A DNA stretch of 63,960 nucleotides, filler included, from an uncultured Planctomycetaceae bacterium (GCA_963976765.1; 5 parts of 5 records of this genome joined end to end with filler, not necessarily neighbours in it); one strand, 5' to 3'. Numbered from the whole stretch's first letter, positions 19,431 through 29,185 are shown. Notes: generated by a model not told the origin, from the letters alone. A program made the numbers and translations.

Positions 19431-19483
19431 GATATTGTCCCACGCCGTGTAGAAAGTTCCGGTGACGGCGGGTTGATAGATTC
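19431..19483 (+). mobile_element. Second copy of the IS-like terminus at the contig end
   Basis: Exact inverted copy of 1-53. Confidence 0.65.
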
Positions 19484-19583
19484 NNNNNNNNNNNNNNNNN
19501 NNNNNNNNNNNNNNNNNNNNNNNNNNNTTAATTAATTAANNNNNNNNNNNNNNNNNNNNNNNNNNNNNNNNNNNNNNNNNNNN
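19484..19583. other. Artificial contig linker
   Basis: N-run + TTAATTAATTAA (stops in all six frames) + N-run, 100 bp; identical to the other three linkers. Confidence 0.98.
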
Positions 19584-19584
19584 C

Positions 19585-19689
19585 TGCCGTACCCACTTCA
19601 ATATCCAGCACAGCACGATCCAACTCGTCTACGACCCCAGTGACGTCGCGTCCGAGTGTGGTGCGCTGCATCAATCGAGCAACTGCTGA
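19585..19689 (+). CDS. 3' end of a CDF (CzcD-like) cation diffusion facilitator, partial
   Basis: Own translation CRTHFNIQHSTIQLVYDP...* matches the CDF C-terminal F.I.HSTIQ motif. Confidence 0.55.
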   Translation, partial: CRTHFNIQHSTIQLVYDPSDVASECGALHQSSNC

Positions 19690-20174
19690 ATGGTCTGGCG
19701 AAACACGTCACCGCTCAGCCACTGTTCGTGTTCGCGGCCGAGGACGTTGCTCAGTTGGTGCATCCAGTCATGTGGTGAGGGCGGCGAGCCGGTCCATTCT
19801 GCTGTGGCGTCGAAGACCATGTAGGTATCCCACGCGAATTGCTTTCCGGCAGGCAGATTGAGAACTCGACCGTAGGCTTTCGGTACGACACCGTCCTCGT
19901 CCCAGAAATGCGTGGCTCGCGTGTCCGGCACGTGCTTTGTCGCGTCCACGGCCTTTGCACGAGTGTCGCCGGGATAGCGAGGAGTCCAGACCACAAGAAC
20001 GGCGAGATCATCGTTTGGGGTGCGGCTGATGGCTTCGGAGTGAACCTCACGGGCTCCTTCAACGCACAACGGTCAGCCGGGTGAGACCAGCAGGACGACG
20101 CGGACGCTGCCCTTCGCGTTGTTAAACGTCTGTCGGAACTCGCTCGCGTCGCTGGAAAGATCATTGAGAGGCAT
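19671..20174 (-). CDS. Thioredoxin-fold selenoprotein candidate (UxxC), 167 aa with in-frame TGA
   Basis: ATG 20174 MPLNDLSSDASEFRQTFNNAKGSVRVVLLVSPG-TGA(20075-20073)-PLCVEGA...VLVVW...HFWD...AWDTYMVFD...WMHQL; SECIS-like hairpin just downstream of the TGA. Confidence 0.8.
20044..20058 (-). promoter_or_regulatory. Candidate bacterial SECIS hairpin
   Basis: Minus strand GAGCC-CGTGA-GGTTC: 5-bp stem with a G-containing loop about 21 nt after the UGA. Confidence 0.5.
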
Positions 20175-20198
20175 CGCGTTGTTTCCAATTGCCGGTCA

Positions 20199-21530
20199 TT
20201 ATAGTGAATGGGCTGAGTCCGCCGTCATACGAGCGGGCATCTCCCTGAAAACGGTAACAGCAAATCCTGCGTTCTTGATGGCGGTCAGAATCTGCTCCTT
20301 CGGAATTGGGCAGCAGAACTCGCTGCCGACGACCGCTTCGCTTTTGGCGTAGTCGACTTCGACGGCAAGCACACCGGGAACTTTGCGAACAGCGTTTATG
20401 ACATTCGCTGCGCAGGTTTCGCAGGTCATGCCGTCGAGTTGGATGACGGCCCGATTCATGTCTTCCGTCACTGTTTTTCCATCACCGCCGAGAAATGCGC
20501 CGACGTAACCTGGAAAGAACAGGAACGCGACGGCCATCACTGTGACTCCCCACAGCATCGCCTTGTTCAATGCCATCATGCTGAAGCGCTGCCCTGAAGG
20601 CGGAGTACAGCAGTCGGTCGCGGCGGCAGTTTCGGGTGCGCAACAATCGCTGGCCGCTGCGTCGGGAGCACAGCAATCCTGTGTAGCGGCCTGTGGAGCA
20701 CAGCAGTCGGCAGAGTTGCCGGCTGTGTCCATCTTAGGTCGGTAAGTGAAGTAGAAGGCTGCACCGAGGAAGCCAAATGTCACGACGATGAACAGCGGGC
20801 GGTACGCTTCCAGCGTCGATGCGACTCCCGCGCCGGACACTCCCAACGCCAGTAACAGCAGCGGCAGCCAGCAACAGCTCGACGCCATGAACGCTGAAAT
20901 CAACGTCCCGGCCGTGGCGATCTTTTCACCGCGGCCCGTCGTCGACTTCTTCGCGTCCCCATCGATCGAAGCAGGTGGCAGTTCGTCGTCGCTCACACCG
21001 ATTTCCAGTTGAGCGACCTTCAAGCCCCTGGCCACGCTGCCGAGGCAGCACGAACCGGACGGATTCTCGGTTTCGCAGCGGCAACCGGGGTCTTTCATTT
21101 TCGCCCGGATGTCTGCCAGTGCTTCGCTGCTGCCGGAAGTTCGCAGCTCGGACTTCATGCTTTCGACCGAATGTTCGAAGCAGTAACACAACGGCCGCTC
21201 GCCGGTGGCTTCTTTGATACCGACGTCGACCCGGAGCTGCGACTTCGTAAACGTCGTGTCGTCCTGCTCCGAGAAGTAGACGACGTCGCAGCCGGGCGAG
21301 TCGCAGAACCGCCAGCCTGTGTCGTCAGCAACGGGCTGACACCCCGCTGCGCCGGAGCCGGTCGTCTCGCAGCACGAGTGCGAATCGGCCCCGGCAATCT
21401 GTCCTGCAACGTCTTGCTTCAATAATGCCCGCAGCGTCACGGTGCTGACACGTGTCGCCTTGCTGCTGCAGTTCGGGCAGAGCGTCTTCACCGCTATCGT
21501 CGTATCCGTTCTGGTGGCCATGTCTGTCAT
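20199..21530 (-). CDS. Cys-rich fusion: CopZ-associated Zn/Fe-S-binding domain + MerT-like membrane domain + HMA (MerP-like) domain
   Basis: CPNC, FCDSPGCDVVYF, PLCYCF, CETENPSGSCCLG; ASSCCWLPLLLLALGVSGAG...YRPLFI; GMTCETCA. Confidence 0.85.
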   Translation of the reverse strand: MTDMATRTDTTIAVKTLCPNCSSKATRVSTVTLRALLKQDVAGQIAGADSHSCCETTGSGAAGCQPVADDTGWRFCDSPGCDVVYFSEQDDTTFTKSQLRVDVGIKEATGERPLCYCFEHSVESMKSELRTSGSSEALADIRAKMKDPGCRCETENPSGSCCLGSVARGLKVAQLEIGVSDDELPPASIDGDAKKSTTGRGEKIATAGTLISAFMASSCCWLPLLLLALGVSGAGVASTLEAYRPLFIVVTFGFLGAAFYFTYRPKMDTAGNSADCCAPQAATQDCCAPDAAASDCCAPETAAATDCCTPPSGQRFSMMALNKAMLWGVTVMAVAFLFFPGYVGAFLGGDGKTVTEDMNRAVIQLDGMTCETCAANVINAVRKVPGVLAVEVDYAKSEAVVGSEFCCPIPKEQILTAIKNAGFAVTVFREMPARMTADSAHSL

Positions 21531-21585
21531 CGCTCAACTCCTCGTCTTGCTTTCGACTGTCTTGTTCGAGTTCTCAACGATCCCT

Positions 21586-21617
21586 ATTATCGACGTTGCA
21601 TGTAAGTGTAAGGTCAA
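21586..21617 (-). promoter_or_regulatory. MerR-type promoter/operator for the MerT-HMA operon
   Basis: Minus strand TTGACC-20 bp-GATAAT with imperfect dyad GACCTTACA-N6-TGCAACGTC overlapping the -35 and spacer. Confidence 0.75.
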
Positions 21618-21687
21618 GCGGGATTCTGAAGTTTTCTCAAAGTCATGCGAAACGGGCCTGAAACAGTTCCGGTGGAGTCCCGAAAAG

Positions 21688-22104
21688 ATGAGCACCGGCA
21701 TCCGCTTAACGATCAGCCAACTCGCCGAGAAAGCCGGTATCCCCACGACGACGGTTCGTTATTACGAACGCATCGGGCTGGTCGAACCGGAAGACCGCAG
21801 TGCTGGCAACTACCGACTCTATGGCCGAGCGTCACTCGACAAGCTCAGGTTCGTCCGAGCCGCTCAGGCGATCGGTTTCACGCTCGAAAACACGCGAGCC
21901 CTGCTGGTCGACGAATCTGGATCACCCCCCAAATGCGGATCCGTGCAGGGCCTGATCGAAGACCGACTGACCGATGTCGAGGAACGACTGAAAGACCTGC
22001 GTCACATTCGCAAAGTGCTGAAGTCCGCGCTGGCACAATGCCAGCAGCAGAAGGAAACCGACTGCTGCCATGTCGTTGACCGATTGCGTGGGTCGAGCCA
22101 TTGA
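21688..22104 (+). CDS. MerR-family heavy-metal-responsive regulator
   Basis: LTISQLAEKAGIPTTTVRYYERIGL...RSAGNYRLY...AQAIGFTLE; Cys at PKCG and QC...DCC; divergent from the transporter. Confidence 0.92.
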   Translation: MSTGIRLTISQLAEKAGIPTTTVRYYERIGLVEPEDRSAGNYRLYGRASLDKLRFVRAAQAIGFTLENTRALLVDESGSPPKCGSVQGLIEDRLTDVEERLKDLRHIRKVLKSALAQCQQQKETDCCHVVDRLRGSSH

Positions 22105-22153
22105 GCACGTACTAGCAGCATTTATGCCGTTGTCAATGCGGCAAGTCCGATAC

Positions 22154-23077
22154 TCACTGGTCATAAAGAGTTACATTTTCGGATGCCGAAGGGATTCTCG
22201 AATTCGCCTCGGTCGGTTTAGCCACGACGGGGAGTGTTTCATTGGACTCGTCTGCAAGTGGTGTCGTCAGTATTCCACGAACGGTTTGCCAGCTGTCATC
22301 ATCAAAGTCTTCGAGACCGAACTGGATCAACTGTGGGGTAGGACTCAATCGAATCGTGTGGGCGAGGCGGTCCCAGATCGATAGCACGACTGCATAGTTT
22401 GAATCGGTCTCCGGCTGCCAGCGTGAATGATGGACCTTGTGCATATCTGGCGTGACGAGTAGACACCGCAGCCAGCGATCGGCTCGACCAACCGAGATAT
22501 TCGCGTGATGGAAGTGCGTCATCGCGACAACGGCCATTTCGTAAACGACGATCTGCCAGATGCTCAGGCCCAGAAGCGGTATCAGCAGCAGTCGCAGTAC
22601 GCCGGAGATCACGTGCTCACCGAGATGAAATCGTGCTGCAGTCGTGACGTCCATGTTCGGGTCACTGTGATGCACCCGGTGAAAACGCCAGAGCAACGGC
22701 ATGCGGTGATTCAGCCGGTGCCACACGTACATCCAGCCATCAAGCAGGAGCAGTCCGGCGCCAAATCGGCCAGCCGGAAAACTGTCCGAGAACAGAAGCA
22801 GCCCGAAACTGTTTTCTACAACCCAACTTGATGCGACGACCGTAGCCGTCCCAAACAACAACCCAATCACGGCGGCGTTCATTATCGCTATCGACAGATT
22901 TCGGATTGCATGCCGAACGCGGTGTTTTTGCAGCTTGAAAAACGGGCACACGGTTTCCCAAGCCCAGAGCGCCGCCAGAATCACGATTGGCAGCGTCAGT
23001 CGAATACTGACAAGGTGTGGCAACCAGTCAGTGTCAGTAGCAAGTGATTCCGTCACGAGCACGAGAACGGTCATCAA
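22154..23077 (-). CDS. Sterol desaturase / fatty acid hydroxylase family protein
   Basis: His boxes WHRLNH, FHRVHHSD, FHHAN, HKVHHS; several transmembrane segments. Confidence 0.88.
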   Translation of the reverse strand: MMTVLVLVTESLATDTDWLPHLVSIRLTLPIVILAALWAWETVCPFFKLQKHRVRHAIRNLSIAIMNAAVIGLLFGTATVVASSWVVENSFGLLLFSDSFPAGRFGAGLLLLDGWMYVWHRLNHRMPLLWRFHRVHHSDPNMDVTTAARFHLGEHVISGVLRLLLIPLLGLSIWQIVVYEMAVVAMTHFHHANISVGRADRWLRCLLVTPDMHKVHHSRWQPETDSNYAVVLSIWDRLAHTIRLSPTPQLIQFGLEDFDDDSWQTVRGILTTPLADESNETLPVVAKPTEANSRIPSASENVTLYDQ

Positions 23078-23215
23078 GTATACTTCGTCGAACGAGAGTT
23101 GGGCCTTTGATCGACGTAAAGCCTAGCGGCGACCCGATGCCGCTTGTGAGTCGCGTACGTTAATACCCGCGACGGGCTCATAAACTGCCCTTATGACCGG
23201 CGAGAAGGCGCGGGT

Positions 23216-24211
23216 TCATCGTACTGATGCTGACTCCGGCGTCATAAACTGGTGGCCGCGTGCCAGTACGAATTGCAGAAACGCTCGCGCGGGTCGAGGC
23301 AATGCCCGCCGGGAATCCGACACGATATACAGTCTGCGTGAGAGTTCCAGCTCATCTATCCTCACGCTGTGCAGTCGCCCGTCATCCAGTTCGCGTTGCA
23401 CGGCGAATCGCGATAACACTGCAACTCCGGTCCCGTTCAGGACTGCTTCTTTGATTGCCTCGTTACTGCCCAGCTCAAATTCGACGTTGACGTCATCTAC
23501 ACTGTGCCCAACTCGAAGTAGAGCCTGTTCGAGGCACCATCGACTGCCCGAACCGGGTTCCCTGAGAATCACTGGTCGCTGCAGTACATCCGCCAGACGC
23601 AACTTCCGACGTCGTTTCCAGCGATCACTCTTGTCGACGACCAGCAGCAGTTCGTCAGACGCAAACGGTCGGAACAGCAAATGTGCCTTCTCGATCTGCC
23701 GTCCGACGAGCCCAAGCTGCACGCATCCAGACTCAACATGTTCCAGCACGGCCATGCTGTCTTCCACCGCCGCCCTTACCGTAATTCCCGGATGACGACT
23801 GCGAAAGATCGACAGTGCGGCGGGAAGCAGATGCTCTCCGGGAACTGAACTGGCCGCCAGCAACAGTTCGCCCTCAACCGGCAACTCAGCGCCAGTCACT
23901 TCTGCCCGAGCCTCACGATGCAAATCCAGAATTCGCTGAGCGTACTCGTACAGCCGAGTCCCCGAGTCTGTCAGTGAGACTCGCCCGCCCTTTCGTTCAA
24001 AGAGCGACACGTCGAGGGTCCGCTCCAGAGACTGCACTCGCTGACTGACAGCCGCTTGCGTAATCCCTAGCCTCTTTCCTGCGGCGGTAAAACTGCCCAA
24101 CTCGGCCGCGTTCGAAAACGTGTCGAGGTGAGGCAGCGGTCCATGTTGTGCTGGATCAGAATGGGGCATACAGACTGAGGATACTTGATCAAGGTCATAA
24201 TGACGCGTCAA
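23216..24211 (-). CDS. LysR-family regulator (CysL-like; resembles selenium-metabolism-associated LysRs)
   Basis: GSFTAAGKRLGITQAAVSQRVQSLE; ASSVPGEHLLP, ILREPGSGSR, ELGSNEAIKEAV. Start could be 24169. Confidence 0.88.
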   Translation of the reverse strand: MTRHYDLDQVSSVCMPHSDPAQHGPLPHLDTFSNAAELGSFTAAGKRLGITQAAVSQRVQSLERTLDVSLFERKGGRVSLTDSGTRLYEYAQRILDLHREARAEVTGAELPVEGELLLAASSVPGEHLLPAALSIFRSRHPGITVRAAVEDSMAVLEHVESGCVQLGLVGRQIEKAHLLFRPFASDELLLVVDKSDRWKRRRKLRLADVLQRPVILREPGSGSRWCLEQALLRVGHSVDDVNVEFELGSNEAIKEAVLNGTGVAVLSRFAVQRELDDGRLHSVRIDELELSRRLYIVSDSRRALPRPARAFLQFVLARGHQFMTPESASVR

Positions 24212-24461
24212 TTACCACCTACGGGCCTGCGCTTCAATTCTACTGACTATCATAGCACTGTGAGTTGATCGACGACGTGTCGTCTTTGCCCTCTTTGGCG
24301 GATTGTCTCTGAAGTTGATCAGTGCGAATACAGACTCGCAGAGATGCCAAGAAAGAACTCTATGCCGAAGCGGGCTGCTGCGGTCCGGAACTCGTCACAC
24401 TGAAGAGTTGCGAGAACACGCAGCAACCGTCGTGACTTCGTGAAGTCACGGTCCGCTGGCC

Positions 24462-24620
24462 TCATGCGGGCTGTCCCAGTCCGGCGGCTCGCAACGTGGC
24501 TCCGTCCGGGCCACCTGTCGCACAGCAGTCCGCGAGTTCGCCATTGATGACGACGGCAGGGACTCGCTGCACGCCGAGACTTTTTGCATAATTTGCGACG
24601 ACTGGGGCTGACGCGTTGAC
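24462..24620 (-). pseudogene. C-terminal remnant of a small thioredoxin-like protein
   Basis: AKSLGVQRVPAVVINGELADCCATGGPDGATLRAAGLGQP is recognisable, but the N-terminal CxxC half is absent. Confidence 0.6.
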
Positions 24621-24989
24621 GTCGTTGCCTCGGCCGTCATTGTGCTCTAGTCTGGCCTGTTTCTGCTGCTGAAAAGCACCTCGATCTTCATGCAGGCCGC
24701 CCCCGAAACGCTTCAACTACGACGTACTCGCTGCCGAGAATCCACTTAGCGACGCTTCATCTGAGACCGCCCGGGATTAACGGTGTTGACCCTCTGCAAT
24801 GACTTCGGAAACAGAGTTTGGAACTCGCTGGCGTGGTGTGTAGTGGAAGGTTGACGGATAGAACTCGAATTGAAGTCAGGATCTGGCTGTACGACCCGGC
24901 TGCTGCTGGTGCAATCCATGATGTTTTCATGAATTGTAGGCGACACTGATACGTACGACTAGGACCAAGCTTGGCTGGCTGCGGTGGCG

Positions 24990-25826
24990 TCAGGCTTCGG
25001 GCGGGTCGAGGTGCTTCATCAGATTGGTTAGTTCGTCTTCATTTCGGATGCCGATAATGGTCAGGAATCGCTTCTCGGATTTCCAGGTCGCTACGAGCTG
25101 TCCATCAAAGCGGATCAGCCGGGCGTTTCGGCCGTTGCAATTGCACTGTTCTACTGGTCGGTCACCAAACCACACCGGTTGATCGATCGCGTGTTCCAGA
25201 ACAGCCAGCCGTGTTCCATATGGAGTTGTACACAGAGCTTCCACGCACAGACAGCACGGCATCCGCACCAGATGCACGGAATCCAGCGTATAACCCGTCG
25301 GTAATGCGTTCGCCACCGCCGGTCGGTATTTGACTTCCAGCTCGGCCTGATCCACATCGACCAGATTGCTGGGGTAGTTGGCGTGCAAGAGTTTCTGTGC
25401 TTGCTCTGGAGATGTTGGAAATTCGTTGAGGAACCGGTCGAAGTTGACGGCCAGGTGTTCGTCGTGGCCGTGGTCCACTGTTTCGTGAATAATGAAGGCA
25501 ATGCCCAGTACGGCGACCAGCGTCGCGGCAACCACACCCAGAAGTCGCCTCGGTCTCCGCAAAAATCCAAAGCGCATCCGGTCAGACGCAACCGATGATG
25601 TGGATATATAAGAATGCATTTCCGACTGGATATGGTTCCACAACTCCGCTGGCGGCTCGGGATCGGGCTGCTGATTAATCAGAGATGACATGGCTCCAAA
25701 GTCGGCGCGAACCGCGGCGCATGCTGGACACTCTCGGAGATGCTGCTCGACTGATTCACAAAGATCAGTCGACAGCTCCTCGTCGTGCAGCGGCGACAGC
25801 AGGTCGAGCACTTCAGAGCAGTTCAT
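24990..25826 (-). CDS. Anti-sigma factor (zf-HC2) with TM helix and Cys/His-rich periplasmic domain
   Basis: MNCSEVLDLLSPLHDEEL...HLRECPAC; TM segment; HGHDEH, MPCCLC, CNC. Confidence 0.85.
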   Translation of the reverse strand: MNCSEVLDLLSPLHDEELSTDLCESVEQHLRECPACAAVRADFGAMSSLINQQPDPEPPAELWNHIQSEMHSYISTSSVASDRMRFGFLRRPRRLLGVVAATLVAVLGIAFIIHETVDHGHDEHLAVNFDRFLNEFPTSPEQAQKLLHANYPSNLVDVDQAELEVKYRPAVANALPTGYTLDSVHLVRMPCCLCVEALCTTPYGTRLAVLEHAIDQPVWFGDRPVEQCNCNGRNARLIRFDGQLVATWKSEKRFLTIIGIRNEDELTNLMKHLDPPEA

Positions 25827-25829
25827 GGT

Positions 25830-26363
25830 TTATGGCTCCCAACCGAGTTCGGTGAGCAGCTCCTTTAAGAGCTTCCTTGCTCTGTTCAATCGCGAGGCCA
25901 CCGTGCCTGCAGACACTTCCAACGTTTCTGCCAGTTCTGCATAGCTCAACTCTTCCACTTCGCGGAGGACAAACATAGTTCTCAGGTCAGGTTCCAGCCG
26001 GTCCAAAGCAGCCTGCAGAATTTCAGCAGACTCGATTGCCGTTCCAGTGGGTGAATCTGCTGAAGCCGGCTCTGTGGACAGTGTGACCTCGGGACGCCGA
26101 CTTTTCGAACGCGTCTGTTGCAGGCATTCATTGACGGTCACTCGATGCAGCCACGTTTCGAAACGACTGCTGCCCGAGAATTGTTGAATCGTTCGAAAGA
26201 CTTTCAGGAAGACCTGTTGAGTGACGTCGGACGCGTCCTGCACACCGACCAGTCTCACGCACAAACGATAAACACGCCGGTGGTGCAACTCGTACAACTG
26301 CTGCTGAGCGGATCGCTCTCCACTCTGGCAGGCAGAAATGATGTCGGCTTGCGGGTCAGTCAT
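25830..26363 (-). CDS. ECF RNA polymerase sigma factor
   Basis: DASDVTQQVFLKVF, FETWLHRVTVNEC, LSYAELAETLEVSAGTVASRLNRAR; adjacent to the anti-sigma gene; start may be further upstream (26474). Confidence 0.9.
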   Translation of the reverse strand: MTDPQADIISACQSGERSAQQQLYELHHRRVYRLCVRLVGVQDASDVTQQVFLKVFRTIQQFSGSSRFETWLHRVTVNECLQQTRSKSRRPEVTLSTEPASADSPTGTAIESAEILQAALDRLEPDLRTMFVLREVEELSYAELAETLEVSAGTVASRLNRARKLLKELLTELGWEP

Positions 26364-26664
26364 CAGAGACAGTGAGTCCGCGTTTGTCCCGACGTTGGTT
26401 AGATGCCGGTCGGACGCGGTTTCTTCGTAAGAATCTGCAAAGTTGTCGGTTTGGAGTCCATCTCGGCGTTTCATTCGGATCGACTAAATGGAAATGCGAA
26501 TTTAGTCAGTTGCCTTTCTTTCCTCGACCGCCAGGCACTGGATTGACGGTCAATGAGCGATATCGCCCGTAAATAGTGTTTGCATGGAGCAAATTCTGAA
26601 AATTCCAGGATCGGCTGCGAAGAAATCGATCAGGCCCGGCATCCAATGATGCAAGGACCTGAAA

Positions 26665-27057
26665 ATGATTGCTCGCATCACACTCATCCTGACCATGCTG
26701 CTGTCAACGGCACACTCGCCGTTCTGTCGATGCAGTGCTGCCTCCGACGGAAATACATCAGAGCTGGCAATGCAGGTAGAAGTGTGTACGCACTGCTGCG
26801 AACACGAGTCCAACTCACTGCCGTGTCCAGCCCGGCCAGATTGCTGTTGCCGGACCAGCCAGGTGCTGATCCTTGCCGACATTCAGGACAGTGATTTCGT
26901 TCGGGACTCACAGCCAAACGGCACCGACGTATTTTTCAGTGTTAGTCCTTGCTCCTTCCTGGCTATTTCGCAGAAAGCCGCTGGCCTGGCTACTGGTATG
27001 CCAGTTAACAGCGGATGCCGTGCGTTGCTGATACGCACTTGTCGTCTGCAGATTTGA
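26665..27057 (+). CDS. Cys-rich hypothetical protein with N-terminal hydrophobic segment
   Basis: PFCRC, CTHCCEH, PCPARPDCCC; precedes a metal-binding lipoprotein gene. Confidence 0.55.
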   Translation: MIARITLILTMLLSTAHSPFCRCSAASDGNTSELAMQVEVCTHCCEHESNSLPCPARPDCCCRTSQVLILADIQDSDFVRDSQPNGTDVFFSVSPCSFLAISQKAAGLATGMPVNSGCRALLIRTCRLQI

Positions 27058-27270
27058 GATTGAATCCTCGGCCGAGTTCCCGAAGGGCAGACGACTGTCT
27101 GGAATTGCGGTTCTGAGCTTCCCTTGGGCGCTGTCTTTGCCCCGAGATCTGCGTCAATTGTACACAGATCGCTTCCGTGGACCGGCTCTGTCCTCCTCCA
27201 TTTACCTTGGGGCGAACACTGTGTTCGTCGTCCGGCTCTCGACTCTCAATTTTTACTCACGGAGATCGTC

Positions 27271-27690
27271 ATGCGCTACTTTTCAATCGCGGTTGTTGGA
27301 CTCATCACTGCTGTCGGCCTGTTTCTTGTTGGCTGTGCAGGCTCAGACGGAAACGGGACTGCCGCGACTCCCACACCAGCCACAACTTCAACGACCGTCC
27401 AGATCGACCACTCCCGGCACGGAGATCACGCTGAGCATGGAGATCACGCTGAATACAGTCGTGACGACGCGATGGCAAAGATGAAAGCCGGTCTCGCCAC
27501 GCTGCCTGAAGAGGATCGTGCTTCCGCCGAGATTCAGCACACCTGCCCAGTCAGCGACCAGATGCTTGGAACGATGGGATCGCCCATCAAGCTGACTTTG
27601 AACGACCATGAAGTGTGGATTTGCTGCAACGGCTGTCGCAAGAAGGCGGAAGCCAATCCTGAAGCGATTCTCGCCAGGGTCAATAAATAG
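27271..27690 (+). CDS. His-rich lipoprotein with YHS/TRASH-like metal-binding domain
   Basis: GGAG RBS; lipobox LVGC; HGDHAE x2; CPVSDQMLGTMGSP...ICCNGC. Confidence 0.8.
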   Translation: MRYFSIAVVGLITAVGLFLVGCAGSDGNGTAATPTPATTSTTVQIDHSRHGDHAEHGDHAEYSRDDAMAKMKAGLATLPEEDRASAEIQHTCPVSDQMLGTMGSPIKLTLNDHEVWICCNGCRKKAEANPEAILARVNK

Positions 27691-27754
27691 TCTCGTCGAC
27701 AACTTTGCGTCGAGCGTCCAAAGATGGACTCTCGATGCTGCGCTGAGGTGAGCA

Positions 27755-29113
27755 ATGCATTTATTGATCGTCACCGCCGACCATGAATTTCGGGAATCCG
27801 TTGCGCGAGGTTTGCAGCGATTCGGGCACGAATTGCGTGCTGCCGACGATGCGCAGGCTGCGATGGATTTGCTGCAGGTTGAGATGGTCGACGTCGTACT
27901 TCTTGAGCTGAACGGTCAGCAACCCGATATGCAGGGGCTGATCCGGCGTTTCAGGGAGTTGTCTCGGAACTGTGAGGTAGTGATGACAACAAGTAACTCA
28001 GCAGTCATTTCAAGAGCTGACGCGATACGAAAGGGTGCCTTTGACTGCGTGCCGAAAGACGGCAGCATTGTCGACCTGGAGCCAGTCCTGGAACGAGCCT
28101 CTCAGAGTAGTCACCTCGGGCGCGAGAACAAACAGCTCCGCAAAGTTATTAGGCACACAACTCCTTCGTCTGAAATCATTGGCACTTCATCCGCGATTCA
28201 GCAAGTGTTGCTCCTGATTGACAAGGTCGGCCCGACAGACAGCCCGGTGCTCATCACGGGCGAGAGTGGCACAGGCAAAGAACTTGTGGCTCGCGCGGTC
28301 CATCAACGGAGTCAACGTGCGGCAACACCAATGGTCACAATCAACTGCGCAGCACTTCAGGAGTCACTGTTGGAGAGCGAATTGTTCGGCCATGAGAGAG
28401 GTGCATTCACGGGAGCCACCGCCAGCAAGACCGGCCTGTTTGAAGTTGCTGACGGTGGGACACTTTTCATTGACGAGGTGGGAGAGCTGGCTCCCTCTTT
28501 GCAGGCCAAACTCTTGCGTGTTCTGGAAGACGGTCACATGAGGCGAGTTGGTGCCACTCGCGAGCAACAGGTCGATGTTCGCATCATCGCTGCAACGAAT
28601 CGTAACCTTGAAGATGAAGTCGCCGCCCGGCGTTTTCGCGAGGACCTGTTCTTCCGCATCAACGTTCTGAACATCGAATTGCCAGCTCTTCGGGAACGCC
28701 GCGACGATATACCTCTATTGGTCAATCACTTTATGAGAATGACTGGACGCGACTGGCGCCTCGACGAGGCGGCGATGGACGCATTGGTGCACTACGCTTG
28801 GCCCGGCAACGTTCGAGAACTTCACAACATCATTGAGCGAGCGCAAATCCTCGCCGACGAAACTCGCATCACGCCAGCCGAGTTGCCTCTTCAGGTTTCA
28901 CAATCATCTTCACTCGCTGGAAACTCCGTGTCGTCAGTTATCGATATTGACGATCTGGAAGTGCGCGAGCGACTACACGTTCAGCGTGTGCTTACCCGTG
29001 AAGGCTGGAATCGAAACAGGACGGCTGAAGCGCTCGGCATCAATCGTCGCAGTCTTTACCGCCTCATTCTGAAACACAGCCTGCAGCCACCTGTAAGCAA
29101 CTCTGGTGAATAG
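27755..29113 (+). CDS. Sigma54-dependent NtrC/ZraR-like activator with atypical receiver domain
   Basis: [39 protein letters not shown], Fis-type HTH. Confidence 0.92.
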   Translation: MHLLIVTADHEFRESVARGLQRFGHELRAADDAQAAMDLLQVEMVDVVLLELNGQQPDMQGLIRRFRELSRNCEVVMTTSNSAVISRADAIRKGAFDCVPKDGSIVDLEPVLERASQSSHLGRENKQLRKVIRHTTPSSEIIGTSSAIQQVLLLIDKVGPTDSPVLITGESGTGKELVARAVHQRSQRAATPMVTINCAALQESLLESELFGHERGAFTGATASKTGLFEVADGGTLFIDEVGELAPSLQAKLLRVLEDGHMRRVGATREQQVDVRIIAATNRNLEDEVAARRFREDLFFRINVLNIELPALRERRDDIPLLVNHFMRMTGRDWRLDEAAMDALVHYAWPGNVRELHNIIERAQILADETRITPAELPLQVSQSSSLAGNSVSSVIDIDDLEVRERLHVQRVLTREGWNRNRTAEALGINRRSLYRLILKHSLQPPVSNSGE

Positions 29114-29185
29114 CAAATATTGCCGGCAGTAAAAAATAGAGTGCACACAATCGTCGATGGCGATTGTGCCGCTCCTCGTCCCTGC

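Noticed and set aside
24320..24410. ANTD...LYAEAGCCGPELVTLK, resembling an ArsR C-terminus
   Set aside because: Needs a frameshift and no HTH is visible; too weak to call.
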